DNA from: Candidatus Saccharibacteria bacterium UBA3749
GTDB taxonomy: Bacteria; Patescibacteriota; Saccharimonadia; Saccharimonadales; Saccharimonadaceae
Length of the DNA: 64,000 bases
Direction of reading: 5' to 3'
Assembly: GCA_002371235.1 (NCBI GenBank)
Contig: DFGN01000002.1
Coordinates: 4,774 to 68,773, forward strand
Below are positions 48,754-58,673 of the stretch, piece by piece (positions within the stretch are counted from its first letter, which is position 1; each line of letters starts with the position of its first letter). The notes beneath the pieces are model-generated. The model was not told the origin of the DNA, did not search any database, and saw nothing but the letters and a program-made list of their open reading frames with translations. Both the position numbers and the translations under genes were made by a program.

Positions 48754-51700
48754 TTATTTTCTACGCGATGATACTGCCTTTGGCATTTTGAAGAATGCAA
48801 GCAATAGACAACCAAATATAATACTTCCACTAAGTCCACCCGAAATCGCATTGTCAATTTGTGCCATCACAGTTCCAGTATCCGGCGCTTCAGGTGATTC
48901 AGGAATCTCCGGCTCAATGTCACTACCACAACCCCCATCTTCCAAACATGGATCAATAGGCTCAGGCTCTGGTTCCGGCTCAGGCTCTGGTTCATGATTG
49001 TTTACTACTGTCAAGACAAGACCGCCATCATCGTTCCACTCATAGCCACCTTCGCCTTCCGTACTATACGTACAAGTCTTAGTATAAACATTCTTCAATC
49101 CATCCACATCTACACCGGTAAATTCAACCTTACATTCTATCACCACGTCTACTTCATCTTCTACCATCTCATAACCTTCAAGAGCCTCAACTTCTTTTAC
49201 TACAAACACCAGATTGTCCTCCGTCTCGTTTGCTTCCACCGGAATCGTAATGCTAATCTCGCCATTATTGTCGGTTACGTATTCTGTCCCATTAACCTCA
49301 AATTTCACACCCGCAAGCGTCTCACCTTCTTCATTCACTTTTCGGATAGCAAACTCTGATTCGCCATCATATACGTATTCATTAGTCGCCGAAGTCCAAG
49401 TGTTGGTTATTTCAAAACCGTTCACACTCTGCTCCCACACACCATCAAGCGTATCGTCGTTTTCATTGTAAATAAACATTGCTTTTTCATTCTCGCCGAA
49501 TTGACTCTCACCCAACATCGATTCTCTCACAGAATACGTAATCGCTAAACCATTCTCATACTTATGCAAGTTCTTGAATATCCATTCCCATTCATTAGCC
49601 GCGGAAATCGTTACCGGTTCCCCCACCACCCAAGTTTTCTGATTACCATCTGTATCAGTCGTTTCGGCCATCAACTCAATTTGAATCGTACTCGGTCTCC
49701 TCAGTTCGTTGTCATCACCCGACCAGATCTTCTTCACTATAATATCTTCGTGTGGCACTGGCACATGTCTATTAGTAATCACGCCATCAGTAATAATTGC
49801 AACATAATCATTGTCACCATCGAATTCAGTACAAGAAATTGAATCGCCTTCTCCTTCACAAACTGAAGCTTCAACTATAGTATAAGTGAGTTTTTCATTA
49901 CTTGCTCCAGTAGCTGGCAAATCATTAAATTCGTAATCAGCATCCTCCAACAATAAGTCACTATATGCTACATATTTACCGTTATTGTCCTTAACTGCAA
50001 TATAATAGTTGGCATAATTCTTTCTTAAATCATCGCGGTTTTCATCATCTTCCCATACCTTAGATACACTTACGTCTACGCTGTTGTATATATTATATAT
50101 AGCGCGTGATTCCTTCGAATATGTTTTTGATACCAAACGCAAAGTTCCGTCACCATTATCTTCAGTTACAATTGTTACTGTAATGTCTTCATCTTGATCA
50201 AAACGAGTAATACCAGGACGAAATGCACTCGTTCCATCCTCGTTCTTTGTTTTTTCAGTAATAGTATAAATATATGTTCCTTCATCCTCAATCGTTACGA
50301 CAAATTCTGCAGTATTATTGGCAAAAGTTAGCGAATCACTTTCAATCGTCTCTCCACCGTCACTCCTATTTAACACAAACACAAATGAGTCACCAGGCTG
50401 CCAGAATTGCTCATATCCACTCACGAAATTCTTGAATACTGTAATTTTAGCATCTTCATCCTTTAGCTTAGAAACTTGATAGTCATTCTTGAATTCTACT
50501 TTATTATCTTTCTTCTCAATTTTACCAGTTTTAGTAGTGGCTACACCACCGTTAAATCCAGGTTTAGCCTCCTCGATTACTTCATAATACCAGTCTGTCG
50601 GAATATTCTCGAACGTCTTCGATTCACCATGCATTAAAGTAATACCATCAATCGTACGTACTGGTTTCGTATCGCCCTGTTTTTCGTAAAAGTTCACCGT
50701 AAAATTAAAGGATTTCTCTCGCGCTAAATCCAGATCACCACTCGTCGCCGTTACTTCCTTTGTAATCGTCAGGCTTCCTGATTCTAGGTAGTTCGTTACA
50801 GTTACTTGCGAGCTAGCATTCCCAAATACTTCATTCACATCCGGCAAAACAGTTGTACCATCTGCTCCGTATTGTACCACTTGATAATCAATCGCGTTGC
50901 GCTTATATCCACTTGGTAAATCCTCCGAAACCTCAAAAGTTGTACCAGTTGCCACATCTAGGACCATAATCTTTTGATTAACACCGATTTGCTCAGTAAT
51001 TTTACCGCCAGTACAGCTTTGCTTATCTCCGGATGTTACGTTCTGGGTTAAACCACCCTCACCATCATCAACATATTCATAAGTCTGGATACGATAACAA
51101 TTTTCCTTTTCAAGAAGTGCGCCATTTTTGTCCTTAATATTTTTGATCGTAATAGTATATTTATCGTCGATACTATTGTCAAGACTACCATTATTCATCA
51201 CAACTTTCGATACCAGTATGCCACCATTTAATGTGTTTTCAACTGAAAGTTTTGTTAATATATTGTTGTCAATTATCGCAGTTCCATCGTCGTTAAAAAT
51301 TACATCGTGAATCTTGCCATCATCAACAATCATTGGATGATATTTACGCTTAGTTATATGATAATGATTTGTACTACCAGTAAAATCATAGTTTTCATTA
51401 TCAAATTCATAATCATGTCCCTCTTCAAGTACAACGTATCTTTCGCCATCAACCGTCACGATTCTACCAAACGATTCCAAACCATCCGTATCAGGACTCA
51501 CTAATTTCTTCATTACACCCGGTGCTACCGTATAATTACTTTTACCATTTTGGTCTACGCCAATCCATTCCGCTCCACTTTGAGCCGTGAATGTGTAGTG
51601 CCTCACCGCTTCTGGATTCGTTTTTCGATCAACAAAGAGATCCAATGAAACACGATCAATATCTTTACGCTGTTTCGGGTCCATCTGGTCAGCCCATAGC

Positions 51701-53076
51701 TTCGTAACATTAAGCGTAGTTTCTGGCAATGTGGAATCATCGCGCGTCTCATCAATTGTTGAAGGTTGTGATAACCCAGAATAAATCGGCGTGTCACTTC
51801 CTTCAATTGTGGTTACAGTACTATACTGAAGACTTGCTTTGGTATTTGTAATTAAATAGAAAGTACCGTTACTATTCTTTCCTAGGCCATAGGCCTTTAG
51901 TTCTTCGTCACTCAAAGCACAGCCTTCACCATTGCGGATCTTCGCGATGCAGTCCATCGCCTCCTGGCTCGGCCATACTGTAAACGTCACCGAAGCTTTC
52001 TTACCGTCTGATAAAATCTTATCTTCACCTGGATTCCAATATACCGTACCATCAGATTCCGAAAAAGAAATTCCCTCCCAATCATTTCCCCAATCTTCGG
52101 TTGGAACATTATAACGAATATTTCCTAAAGTGCCATTAATAGCAATTGAAGTTGCTGGCGTGATACCGTCCTGGACATGTAGATTTGCGACTGATAAGCC
52201 CATTGTAATTTTATCAACAATTTCATTAAAAGCTTTATTTAAGGCAGCCTGGTCAGACGCATCATAATAATGCGCTGCATCGACAAGCCCCTTCATATTA
52301 TCAGCATCACCGAATGTCCCCACAGAATATAATTCTTTGTTCGCACTTGCAATAATTGTATTTGCTACAGCTTTTGCAGCGCCATAGTTCCACCCATTAT
52401 TATCATTTCTGCCGTTTCCCCAAGCGTCTGGAGGACAAGTGCGACCCCAACCACAATCATTTGCACCGTCACTATATTTGGTTGCACGATAATCTGGGTT
52501 ACCATCCGACACAAACACGATATAGGTCTTATCCGTATCACCAAAGGATATGCTGTTTGCCGCACTAAGTGCTGCTTCCCAGTTTGTGCCACGGCTTGTC
52601 GTAATACTATTTACCCAACCCTGAAAAGTACTCAAGCTAGTCGTAGGAGTAGAATGATTCGTCTTAACATTTTCCGAAAAGTCAAGCAAGGTCATTTCGA
52701 CCATATCTTTTAATTCATCATTATCTGGATCATTCCATTTAAGAAGCTGGCTCGCAAGAGAATTTACAGCCGCCTTTGCTACCGAAAGACGCGTGCCATT
52801 CCCAGCTGCAGTATCCATACTACGGGAACTGTCAAATACGACTACTACATTTGCTTTCGTCGCATCAGTTTTCTCACTCGACACACCTTGAACTTCAAGT
52901 GTAATGTCATAAGTTCCATCACCATTAGCTTTTACTGTTTTCGAACTCTTCGGCTTATTATCCGCCGATGGCTCAATTGGTGCCGGCTCATCCGCATAGG
53001 CACCTGCCTGCAACATTGGTATAGAGCCAAACATGATTACTATCGCTGCGAGAATGCTAAATAGTCTTCGTTTCAT
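48754..53076 (-). CDS. VWA-domain pilus-tip-like adhesin with Cna-B/prealbumin-like repeats and APDTG sorting signal
   Basis: MIDAS VVFDSSRS, TNWEAAL, SDGNP; KxW..D Cna-B starts; IRKVNEEGETLAGVKF; PE linker; APDTG-TM-basic tail. Confidence 0.85.
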   Translation of the reverse strand: MKRRLFSILAAIVIMFGSIPMLQAGAYADEPAPIEPSADNKPKSSKTVKANGDGTYDITLEVQGVSSEKTDATKANVVVVFDSSRSMDTAAGNGTRLSVAKAAVNSLASQLLKWNDPDNDELKDMVEMTLLDFSENVKTNHSTPTTSLSTFQGWVNSITTSRGTNWEAALSAANSISFGDTDKTYIVFVSDGNPDYRATKYSDGANDCGWGRTCPPDAWGNGRNDNNGWNYGAAKAVANTIIASANKELYSVGTFGDADNMKGLVDAAHYYDASDQAALNKAFNEIVDKITMGLSVANLHVQDGITPATSIAINGTLGNIRYNVPTEDWGNDWEGISFSESDGTVYWNPGEDKILSDGKKASVTFTVWPSQEAMDCIAKIRNGEGCALSDEELKAYGLGKNSNGTFYLITNTKASLQYSTVTTIEGSDTPIYSGLSQPSTIDETRDDSTLPETTLNVTKLWADQMDPKQRKDIDRVSLDLFVDRKTNPEAVRHYTFTAQSGAEWIGVDQNGKSNYTVAPGVMKKLVSPDTDGLESFGRIVTVDGERYVVLEEGHDYEFDNENYDFTGSTNHYHITKRKYHPMIVDDGKIHDVIFNDDGTAIIDNNILTKLSVENTLNGGILVSKVVMNNGSLDNSIDDKYTITIKNIKDKNGALLEKENCYRIQTYEYVDDGEGGLTQNVTSGDKQSCTGGKITEQIGVNQKIMVLDVATGTTFEVSEDLPSGYKRNAIDYQVVQYGADGTTVLPDVNEVFGNASSQVTVTNYLESGSLTITKEVTATSGDLDLAREKSFNFTVNFYEKQGDTKPVRTIDGITLMHGESKTFENIPTDWYYEVIEEAKPGFNGGVATTKTGKIEKKDNKVEFKNDYQVSKLKDEDAKITVFKNFVSGYEQFWQPGDSFVFVLNRSDGGETIESDSLTFANNTAEFVVTIEDEGTYIYTITEKTKNEDGTSAFRPGITRFDQDEDITVTIVTEDNGDGTLRLVSKTYSKESRAIYNIYNSVDVSVSKVWEDDENRDDLRKNYANYYIAVKDNNGKYVAYSDLLLEDADYEFNDLPATGASNEKLTYTIVEASVCEGEGDSISCTEFDGDNDYVAIITDGVITNRHVPVPHEDIIVKKIWSGDDNELRRPSTIQIELMAETTDTDGNQKTWVVGEPVTISAANEWEWIFKNLHKYENGLAITYSVRESMLGESQFGENEKAMFIYNENDDTLDGVWEQSVNGFEITNTWTSATNEYVYDGESEFAIRKVNEEGETLAGVKFEVNGTEYVTDNNGEISITIPVEANETEDNLVFVVKEVEALEGYEMVEDEVDVVIECKVEFTGVDVDGLKNVYTKTCTYSTEGEGGYEWNDDGGLVLTVVNNHEPEPEPEPEPEPIDPCLEDGGCGSDIEPEIPESPEAPDTGTVMAQIDNAISGGLSGSIIFGCLLLAFFKMPKAVSSRRK
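48955..48995 (-). repeat. Pro-Glu linker repeat
   Basis: HEPEPEPEPEPEP. Confidence 0.85.
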
Positions 53077-53182
53077 TTGATTTTATTCTCCTTCGCTACA
53101 AATTTGCCGCCATTATATCATGCGTGTCAACCCCCAGCAACGATAAGCGGTATTTTAAAAAATAAGAATCATCAAAAACAAC

Positions 53183-53274
53183 CATAAGTGAATAAGAATT
53201 AATCATAAGTGAATAAGAATTAATCATAATTGGATAAGAATTAATCATAATTGGATAAGAATTAATCATAATTG
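53183..53274. repeat. 21-bp tandem array, about 4.4 copies
   Basis: units cataa(g/t)tg(a/g)ataagaattaat start at 53183, 53204, 53225, 53246 and 53267 (partial). Confidence 0.95.
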
Positions 53275-53302
53275 TAATATTATTAACCATAATAGCTAAT
53301 CA

Positions 53303-53470
53303 TTTTAAGCAAAAATGTTTTAAATCTAAACACAAGCAAATACTTTTTAAGCAAAAATAATTCCATTCTAAGCACAAGCAAATACTTTTTTAAGCAATAA
53401 TAATTCTATTCTAACCACAAGCAAATACTTTTTTAAGCAATAATAATTCTATTCTAAGCACAAGCAAATA
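53303..53470. repeat. 42-43-bp tandem array, 3 full plus 2 partial copies
   Basis: units cacaagcaaatacttttt(t)aagcaa(a/t)aataatt(c)(c/t)attctaa(g/c) start at 53331, 53373, 53416 and 53459 (partial). Confidence 0.93.
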
Positions 53471-53611
53471 TATGGTTTTTATTTAACGTCTATTACATAT
53501 AGTTACGCTCGTAGCCACAGTATGCCATTATACAACACTGGTCTATATCCAGGAACAAGCTACAGTGGCAGACAACTTTTTTAATTCTGAAATGATTGAA
53601 AACTCATCAAC

Positions 53612-53648
53612 AAAAAAATGAATTGGAATTCATATCCAATTCATTTTT
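53612..53648 (-). terminator. terminator after rpsH
   Basis: perfect 14-bp IR aaaaatgaattgga-attcata-tccaattcattttt. Confidence 0.85.
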
Positions 53649-53697
53649 CTTACTGGCTATTTCTATTTAATTCTTTTCCCCGGAAAAGAATTTAAGC

Positions 53698-54099
53698 CTA
53701 CCATACTTTAACAAGTATTTCACCACCAAGACGATTTTTCTTCGCCTCACGACCGGTCATTAGACCTTTCGAGGTGGATACGATTACAATACCGCGTCCA
53801 GACTTAATCGTAGGTAATTCATCAGCCGAAGAATACACACGACGACCAGGCTTAGATACCTTGGTAATCTCACTAATGCGAGCATTTGTGCCTGGTTCAT
53901 TAATTACGATATGAAGCATTTCGCGTGGTTCACCAGCTACTACTTCACACGATACAATGTAGCCATTCTTAGCTAAAACTTTCATTAGTCCAGCTTTCAA
54001 TTTCGAAGCCGGAACTAGTATTTCGTTCTTGCCTACTATCACCGCATTACGAATTCGCGTGATAAGATCGGCAATTTGATCAGTAGATTGTATTGACAT
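53698..54099 (-). CDS. rpsH: 30S ribosomal protein S8
   Basis: DQIADLITRIRNA, VSKPGRRVY, STSKGLMT. Confidence 0.98.
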   Translation of the reverse strand: MSIQSTDQIADLITRIRNAVIVGKNEILVPASKLKAGLMKVLAKNGYIVSCEVVAGEPREMLHIVINEPGTNARISEITKVSKPGRRVYSSADELPTIKSGRGIVIVSTSKGLMTGREAKKNRLGGEILVKVW

Positions 54100-54111
54100 A
54101 TTTCTCCTTTC

Positions 54112-54381
54112 TTACCAGCTACTCTTAGTTACACCAGGAATCTCACCGTTCGATGCTTTTTCCCGGAAGTTAATACGTGAAAGACCAAATCGACGCATGT
54201 AACCACGTGGACGACCGTCCAACATGTCACGATTCTTTAACCTTGTTGGTGAAGAATTGCGCGGTAACTTTTGTAAACCTTCTAGGTCACCCGCCATCTT
54301 CAACGCTGCACGCTTTTCTTTATATTTGTTATACATCTTTTGTCGTTTTTCATCGCGAAGCACTGCAGATTTCTTTGCCAT
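54112..54381 (-). CDS. rpsN: 30S ribosomal protein S14, Zn-free form
   Basis: [32 protein letters not shown]; start moved to 54381. Confidence 0.96.
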   Translation of the reverse strand: MAKKSAVLRDEKRQKMYNKYKEKRAALKMAGDLEGLQKLPRNSSPTRLKNRDMLDGRPRGYMRRFGLSRINFREKASNGEIPGVTKSSW

Positions 54382-54382
54382 A

Positions 54383-55015
54383 CTACTTTGCCTCCTTTTC
54401 AAACGGCATTCCGAATAATTCTAACAATTTAAGACTTCCTTCCTTTGAGCCATTTTTAATTATAAACGTAACTTCAAGACCGTGGAGTACAGATGCATCC
54501 TCGAAAGTGATTTCTGGGAATACAGTCTGCTCTTTTAGTCCTAAGTTATAGTTACCTTGCACATCAAAAGCCTTCCTCGAAACGCCGTGAAAATCACGCA
54601 CGTGTGGTAAAGCAATATTGATTAAGCGATCGACAAATTCATACATTTTGTCATTACGCAAAGTTGTGAGGTACCCAACCGGTGCACCCATTCCCTTACG
54701 AATTTTAAACGTCGCAATTGATTTTTTCGCGAGACGAGAAGTTGCAGCCTGACCTGTAATTTTAGCCAGCGTCAATGCTACGGTTTCAGTAAAACGCTTA
54801 TCTTCACGCTTCTTACCAACACCGCAAGAGACTACAACTTTTTCTAGTTTAGGAACTTGGTTAATATTTTTGAGACCAAGCTCTTTTTGTAGTTTCACCT
54901 TTAGCTCATTATTATAGAGAGCCTTCAGGCGTGGTTGTGCTTTGGCCTCGGACTTGACTGCTTTTTTCACAGTCTTAGTGGTCTTAGCCTCGGCAGCCGT
55001 TTTCTTTTCCGCCAT
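54383..55015 (-). CDS. rplE: 50S ribosomal protein L5
   Basis: [32 protein letters not shown]. Confidence 0.97.
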   Translation of the reverse strand: MAEKKTAAEAKTTKTVKKAVKSEAKAQPRLKALYNNELKVKLQKELGLKNINQVPKLEKVVVSCGVGKKREDKRFTETVALTLAKITGQAATSRLAKKSIATFKIRKGMGAPVGYLTTLRNDKMYEFVDRLINIALPHVRDFHGVSRKAFDVQGNYNLGLKEQTVFPEITFEDASVLHGLEVTFIIKNGSKEGSLKLLELFGMPFEKEAK

Positions 55016-55323
55016 TACTTAGCTCCTTTCTTAGCTTTACTTGCTTTTTTGTCGTTCTTGCCGTTGTCAACTTTTTTCACAGCCGACTTCACGTATTTAG
55101 CTGCTTCAACTAGCTTCAAATTCGACAAATCAATACCAACGTGAATAGTTTTCTTACCACCAGTTGGGTTCATATATGATTTTTTCATGTGACGCTCGAT
55201 TGTACCAATCCCCTCAAGACAAGCCTTGCCAGCCTTGCGATCGACTTTTACAATCTTCGCCGTTTCACCCTTATGATTGCCAGATAGCACCATCACTTTA
55301 TCATGAATCTTCAAACTTTTCAT
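55015..55323 (-). CDS. rplX: 50S ribosomal protein L24
   Basis: DKVMVLSGNHKG KOW motif; position in operon. Confidence 0.93.
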   Translation of the reverse strand: MKSLKIHDKVMVLSGNHKGETAKIVKVDRKAGKACLEGIGTIERHMKKSYMNPTGGKKTIHVGIDLSNLKLVEAAKYVKSAVKKVDNGKNDKKASKAKKGAK

Positions 55324-55691
55324 TAGAGTACCTCCGGCGCCAAGCTAATAATCTTGGTAAATCCAGCATCACGTATTTCGCGTGGGATTGGCCCAAAGAC
55401 ACGTGTGCCTCTTGGTGTTTTATCTTCGTTTACAAGAACCGCAGCGTTCTCATCGAATCTAATTGTAGAGCCATCTGGACGACGAATCGGAGCGACGGTT
55501 CTTACAATTACTGCACGAACTACGGCCTTCTTCTTTACACCACCAGTCGGTGAAGCATCCTTGACTGAACAAGTCACTACATCGCCAACTTTAGCATAAC
55601 GAGCATGTGTACCGCCAAGCACCCGAATCACTCCAAGTTCTTTAGCGCCACTGTTGTCCGCTACCTTTAGTCTTGTTTCCTGCTGTATCAT
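55323..55691 (-). CDS. rplN: 50S ribosomal protein L14
   Basis: [36 protein letters not shown]. Confidence 0.99.
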   Translation of the reverse strand: MIQQETRLKVADNSGAKELGVIRVLGGTHARYAKVGDVVTCSVKDASPTGGVKKKAVVRAVIVRTVAPIRRPDGSTIRFDENAAVLVNEDKTPRGTRVFGPIPREIRDAGFTKIISLAPEVL

Positions 55692-56068
55692 TACTCTTCC
55701 TCCCCTTCTTCTGCCTTCGCCGTATTAACTTCTTCAGCTTCAGCTTTCTTAGTCTCAGCAATCTTATCAGCGCCTATTTTCTCCGGCATCTCAATCGTAT
55801 TTACATCATCTTTCAATTCAACCTTACCACGAGAGCGCTCAAGAATCTTAACTAAAGTATAAGCCTTAGTCTTAGAAATTGGACGCGTCATCGCAATCTG
55901 CACCTTGTCGCCCTCATGAGCTTCATTATTCTCGTCATGTGCAGTATATTTACGAGTTTTTGTATACTGTTTACGATAAAGTGGATGAGTTTCCCTGCTC
56001 ACGATTGAGACGGTAATGGTCTTATCGCGCTTATCACTAGTCACAATACCAATCAAAGTGTGTGCCAT
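55691..56068 (-). CDS. rpsQ: 30S ribosomal protein S17 with acidic tail
   Basis: [31 protein letters not shown]. Confidence 0.97.
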   Translation of the reverse strand: MAHTLIGIVTSDKRDKTITVSIVSRETHPLYRKQYTKTRKYTAHDENNEAHEGDKVQIAMTRPISKTKAYTLVKILERSRGKVELKDDVNTIEMPEKIGADKIAETKKAEAEEVNTAKAEEGEEE

Positions 56069-56069
56069 T

Positions 56070-56489
56070 TTAAAACTCCTCTTTCTTAATTATTTTGCAT
56101 TTGACTGGCAATTTATGAGAAGCCAAACGAAGGGCCTCTTTTGCCTGTTCGTCCGTAACATCTGCTATTTCAAACATCACAGTACCAGCCTTAACTTTTG
56201 CCACAAAGAACTGCGGCTCACCTTTACCGGAACCCATTTTTACATCAAGTGGTTTCTTGGTTACAGGTGTATGTGGGAAAATTCGAATCCAAATCTTGCC
56301 ACCACGCTTAATGAAACGCGTAATTGCTTGACGTGCGGCCTCGATTTGTTTCGAAGTGACACGCTCATTATCAAGCGACATCAAGCCATAGTCACCAAAT
56401 GCAACCGTGTTGCAACGCGTAGCTATGCCCTCGTTCTTGCCTTTGCGCACCTTGCGGTGAGCAGTTTTTCTTGGAAGTAAAATTGCCAT
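56070..56489 (-). CDS. rplP: 50S ribosomal protein L16
   Basis: QIEAARQAI, WIRIFPH, MGSGKG, KLPVK. Confidence 0.98.
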   Translation of the reverse strand: MAILLPRKTAHRKVRKGKNEGIATRCNTVAFGDYGLMSLDNERVTSKQIEAARQAITRFIKRGGKIWIRIFPHTPVTKKPLDVKMGSGKGEPQFFVAKVKAGTVMFEIADVTDEQAKEALRLASHKLPVKCKIIKKEEF

Positions 56490-56490
56490 A

Positions 56491-57117
56491 TTATTTCTCC
56501 CCCTTATAGATCCAGACCTTTACGCCTACAATTCCAGCAATCGTTGGAGCATGATGACAATAGAAATCAATGTCAGCACGCAAAGTATGTAGAGGTACTG
56601 AACCCTCGATAAATTTTTCTCGGCGACTCATTTCAGCGCCATTCAAACGGCCAGAGACCTCGATACGTACACCCTTAGCTCCCGCATTCATTGTAGACTG
56701 CAAAGCCATTTTGACTGCACGACGGAAATTCATACGCTTGCCGAGCTGGAAACCAATATTCTCTGCAACTAGCTTTGCGTTGAGCTCTGGTTTCTTTACT
56801 TCCTCAACATTGATACGAATTGGACCCTCAATCATTTTTTCGAGCTCTTTTTTAAGCTCGTTGATTCCAGCACCCTGCTTACCAATCACGCTACCAGCCT
56901 TAGCTGTCAAAATCGTAATTGTCGTCAGATTTGCCGAACGCTCTATACCAATTCGCGCAATTGTCGGACGAGATTTGTACCTGTCCTCAATAAATTTGCG
57001 AATCTTGACGTCTTCCACTAGCCAATGGCGAAAGTCTGATTTTCGAGTAAACCACTTCGAAGACCAATCCTTGCTGACCTGGAGACGGTAAGAGATGGGA
57101 TTAACCTTTTGACCCAT
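56491..57117 (-). CDS. rpsC: 30S ribosomal protein S3
   Basis: MGQKVNP, GRLNGAEMSR, VPLHTLRADID. Confidence 0.98.
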   Translation of the reverse strand: MGQKVNPISYRLQVSKDWSSKWFTRKSDFRHWLVEDVKIRKFIEDRYKSRPTIARIGIERSANLTTITILTAKAGSVIGKQGAGINELKKELEKMIEGPIRINVEEVKKPELNAKLVAENIGFQLGKRMNFRRAVKMALQSTMNAGAKGVRIEVSGRLNGAEMSRREKFIEGSVPLHTLRADIDFYCHHAPTIAGIVGVKVWIYKGEK

Positions 57118-57118
57118 G

Positions 57119-57538
57119 TTACTTTTTCTCCTTCTTCGCTTCTGCCTTTGCCTTCGACTCGGCTTTCTCGGCAGTTTTCTTTACTTTCTCTTCGCCTGCG
57201 ACCTCGACGAAAATATTACTACTAATCTTCTCAAATGGAAGCGCACGTCCGCGTGAAGCTGGTTTATATCTACGCATCCTGGTTCCGCTTGTCACGAAAA
57301 TTCGTGCAATTCTGATACTCTTAGGATCAATCGAAACCTTAGTGTTATTCAGTAAGTTAGCATTTGCTGACTCTACAGCCTTCAAGACGGCCTTTGCAGC
57401 GCGCCTTGGAGTGTTCTCAAGAATCACCACGGCATCAGCTACGTAGCGATCTCTAACTAGAGATGCAACAATGCTGGTTTTCCTTGGTTGGGAATCAATT
57501 CCCTTCTCATATGCATGTGCAAAAAACGTTTCCGCCAT
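57119..57538 (-). CDS. rplV: 50S ribosomal protein L22
   Basis: QPRKTSIVASLVR, AVESANAN, PASRGRA. Confidence 0.95.
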   Translation of the reverse strand: MAETFFAHAYEKGIDSQPRKTSIVASLVRDRYVADAVVILENTPRRAAKAVLKAVESANANLLNNTKVSIDPKSIRIARIFVTSGTRMRRYKPASRGRALPFEKISSNIFVEVAGEEKVKKTAEKAESKAKAEAKKEKK

Positions 57539-57540
57539 AA

Positions 57541-57837
57541 TTAATTAGCTCCCTTCTCGGCAGCTGCAGCTTCAGCTGCCTTCTTGCCACCGTGGCGCTT
57601 AAACTTACGAGTTGGCGCAAATTCGCCAAGCTTGTGACCTACCATATTTTCTGAAACGAAGACAGGCACATGAACCTTGCCGTTATGTACAGCAATCGTT
57701 CGACCCACCATCTCTGGCGAAATCGTTGACTGTCTTGCCCAAGTCTTGATTATGGTGCGATCTTCAGCAGTCAAAGCGGCAATTTTCTTTGCGAGTTTGA
57801 AGTCCACAAATGGACCTTTTTTAAGACTCCTAGACAT
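57541..57837 (-). CDS. rpsS: 30S ribosomal protein S19
   Basis: [30 protein letters not shown]. Confidence 0.99.
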   Translation of the reverse strand: MSRSLKKGPFVDFKLAKKIAALTAEDRTIIKTWARQSTISPEMVGRTIAVHNGKVHVPVFVSENMVGHKLGEFAPTRKFKRHGGKKAAEAAAAEKGAN

Positions 57838-58673
57838 TATTTCCTCTTTCCTTCGTGGCGACTGCGCACGATCATTTTATTGGTTTTCTTATTGTGACGA
57901 GTTCGGTAGCCAAGCGTTAACTGTCCCCATGGAGTGCGTGGAGCCTTACCAGAACCGTGACGACCACCATCACCACCACCATGTGGGTGATCTGTTGCGT
58001 TCATCACTACACCACGTACAGTTGGACGAATACCTTTGCGGCGGCGGCGGCCAGCTGCACCAATCTTCACATTCTGGTGCTGTAAGTTGGAAACAGTACC
58101 AACTGATGCTTCACATTCACTTAATACTTTACGTACTTCACCCGATGGTAATCGAAGTGTAGCATAGCCATTTTCTTTTGCCATTAATTGTGCCTGAACA
58201 CCTGCAGCACGCACCATCTGTGCGCCCTTACCTGGCGTCAATTCTACAGCATATACAAATGTACCCACTGGGATATTCTCAAGTGGCATTCTGCTTGATT
58301 CTTCAACTTCAATTTCCTTACCAGTTTTGAAAGTAGTGCCCTTCGCCATTTTAACATCGGCTAAGACATAATAATATACGCCATTCTCATCCTTAACTCT
58401 TGCGATACGAGCTGAACGATTTGGATCATATTCGATTTCCTCAACCGTAAAAGTCAAGTTCTCTGGTAATTTGTAAGTCAAAATACGATAATGGCGTTTT
58501 ACACCGCCACCACGATGTCGTACCGTGATACGACCTTGGTTATTCTTGCCCGCTTGTTGCTTCTTAGCTAGTGTCAAAGACTTCATTGGCTTACGAGTCG
58601 TAATTTGATCGAAATCCTGTGTCGTCTTCTGGCGCTGCGCCGGAGTAATCGGGCGATAAGCCTTGATTGACAT
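57837..58673 (-). CDS. rplB: 50S ribosomal protein L2
   Basis: [30 protein letters not shown]. Confidence 0.99.
   Translation of the reverse strand: MSIKAYRPITPAQRQKTTQDFDQITTRKPMKSLTLAKKQQAGKNNQGRITVRHRGGGVKRHYRILTYKLPENLTFTVEEIEYDPNRSARIARVKDENGVYYYVLADVKMAKGTTFKTGKEIEVEESSRMPLENIPVGTFVYAVELTPGKGAQMVRAAGVQAQLMAKENGYATLRLPSGEVRKVLSECEASVGTVSNLQHQNVKIGAAGRRRRKGIRPTVRGVVMNATDHPHGGGDGGRHGSGKAPRTPWGQLTLGYRTRHNKKTNKMIVRSRHEGKRK

Noticed and set aside
53096-53290. 64-aa ORF with (I/L)MINSY(P/S) repeats
   Set aside because: A by-product of the 21-bp array; no SD, and it overlaps the adhesin promoter.
53183-53470. CRISPR array
   Set aside because: Units are head-to-tail with no unique spacers, and no cas genes are present.
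53096-53697. Chromosomal origin (oriC)
   Set aside because: No perfect TTATCCACA box and no dnaA/dnaN nearby. Gene orientation and the C-rich + strand are the same on both sides, so the window lies in one replichore.
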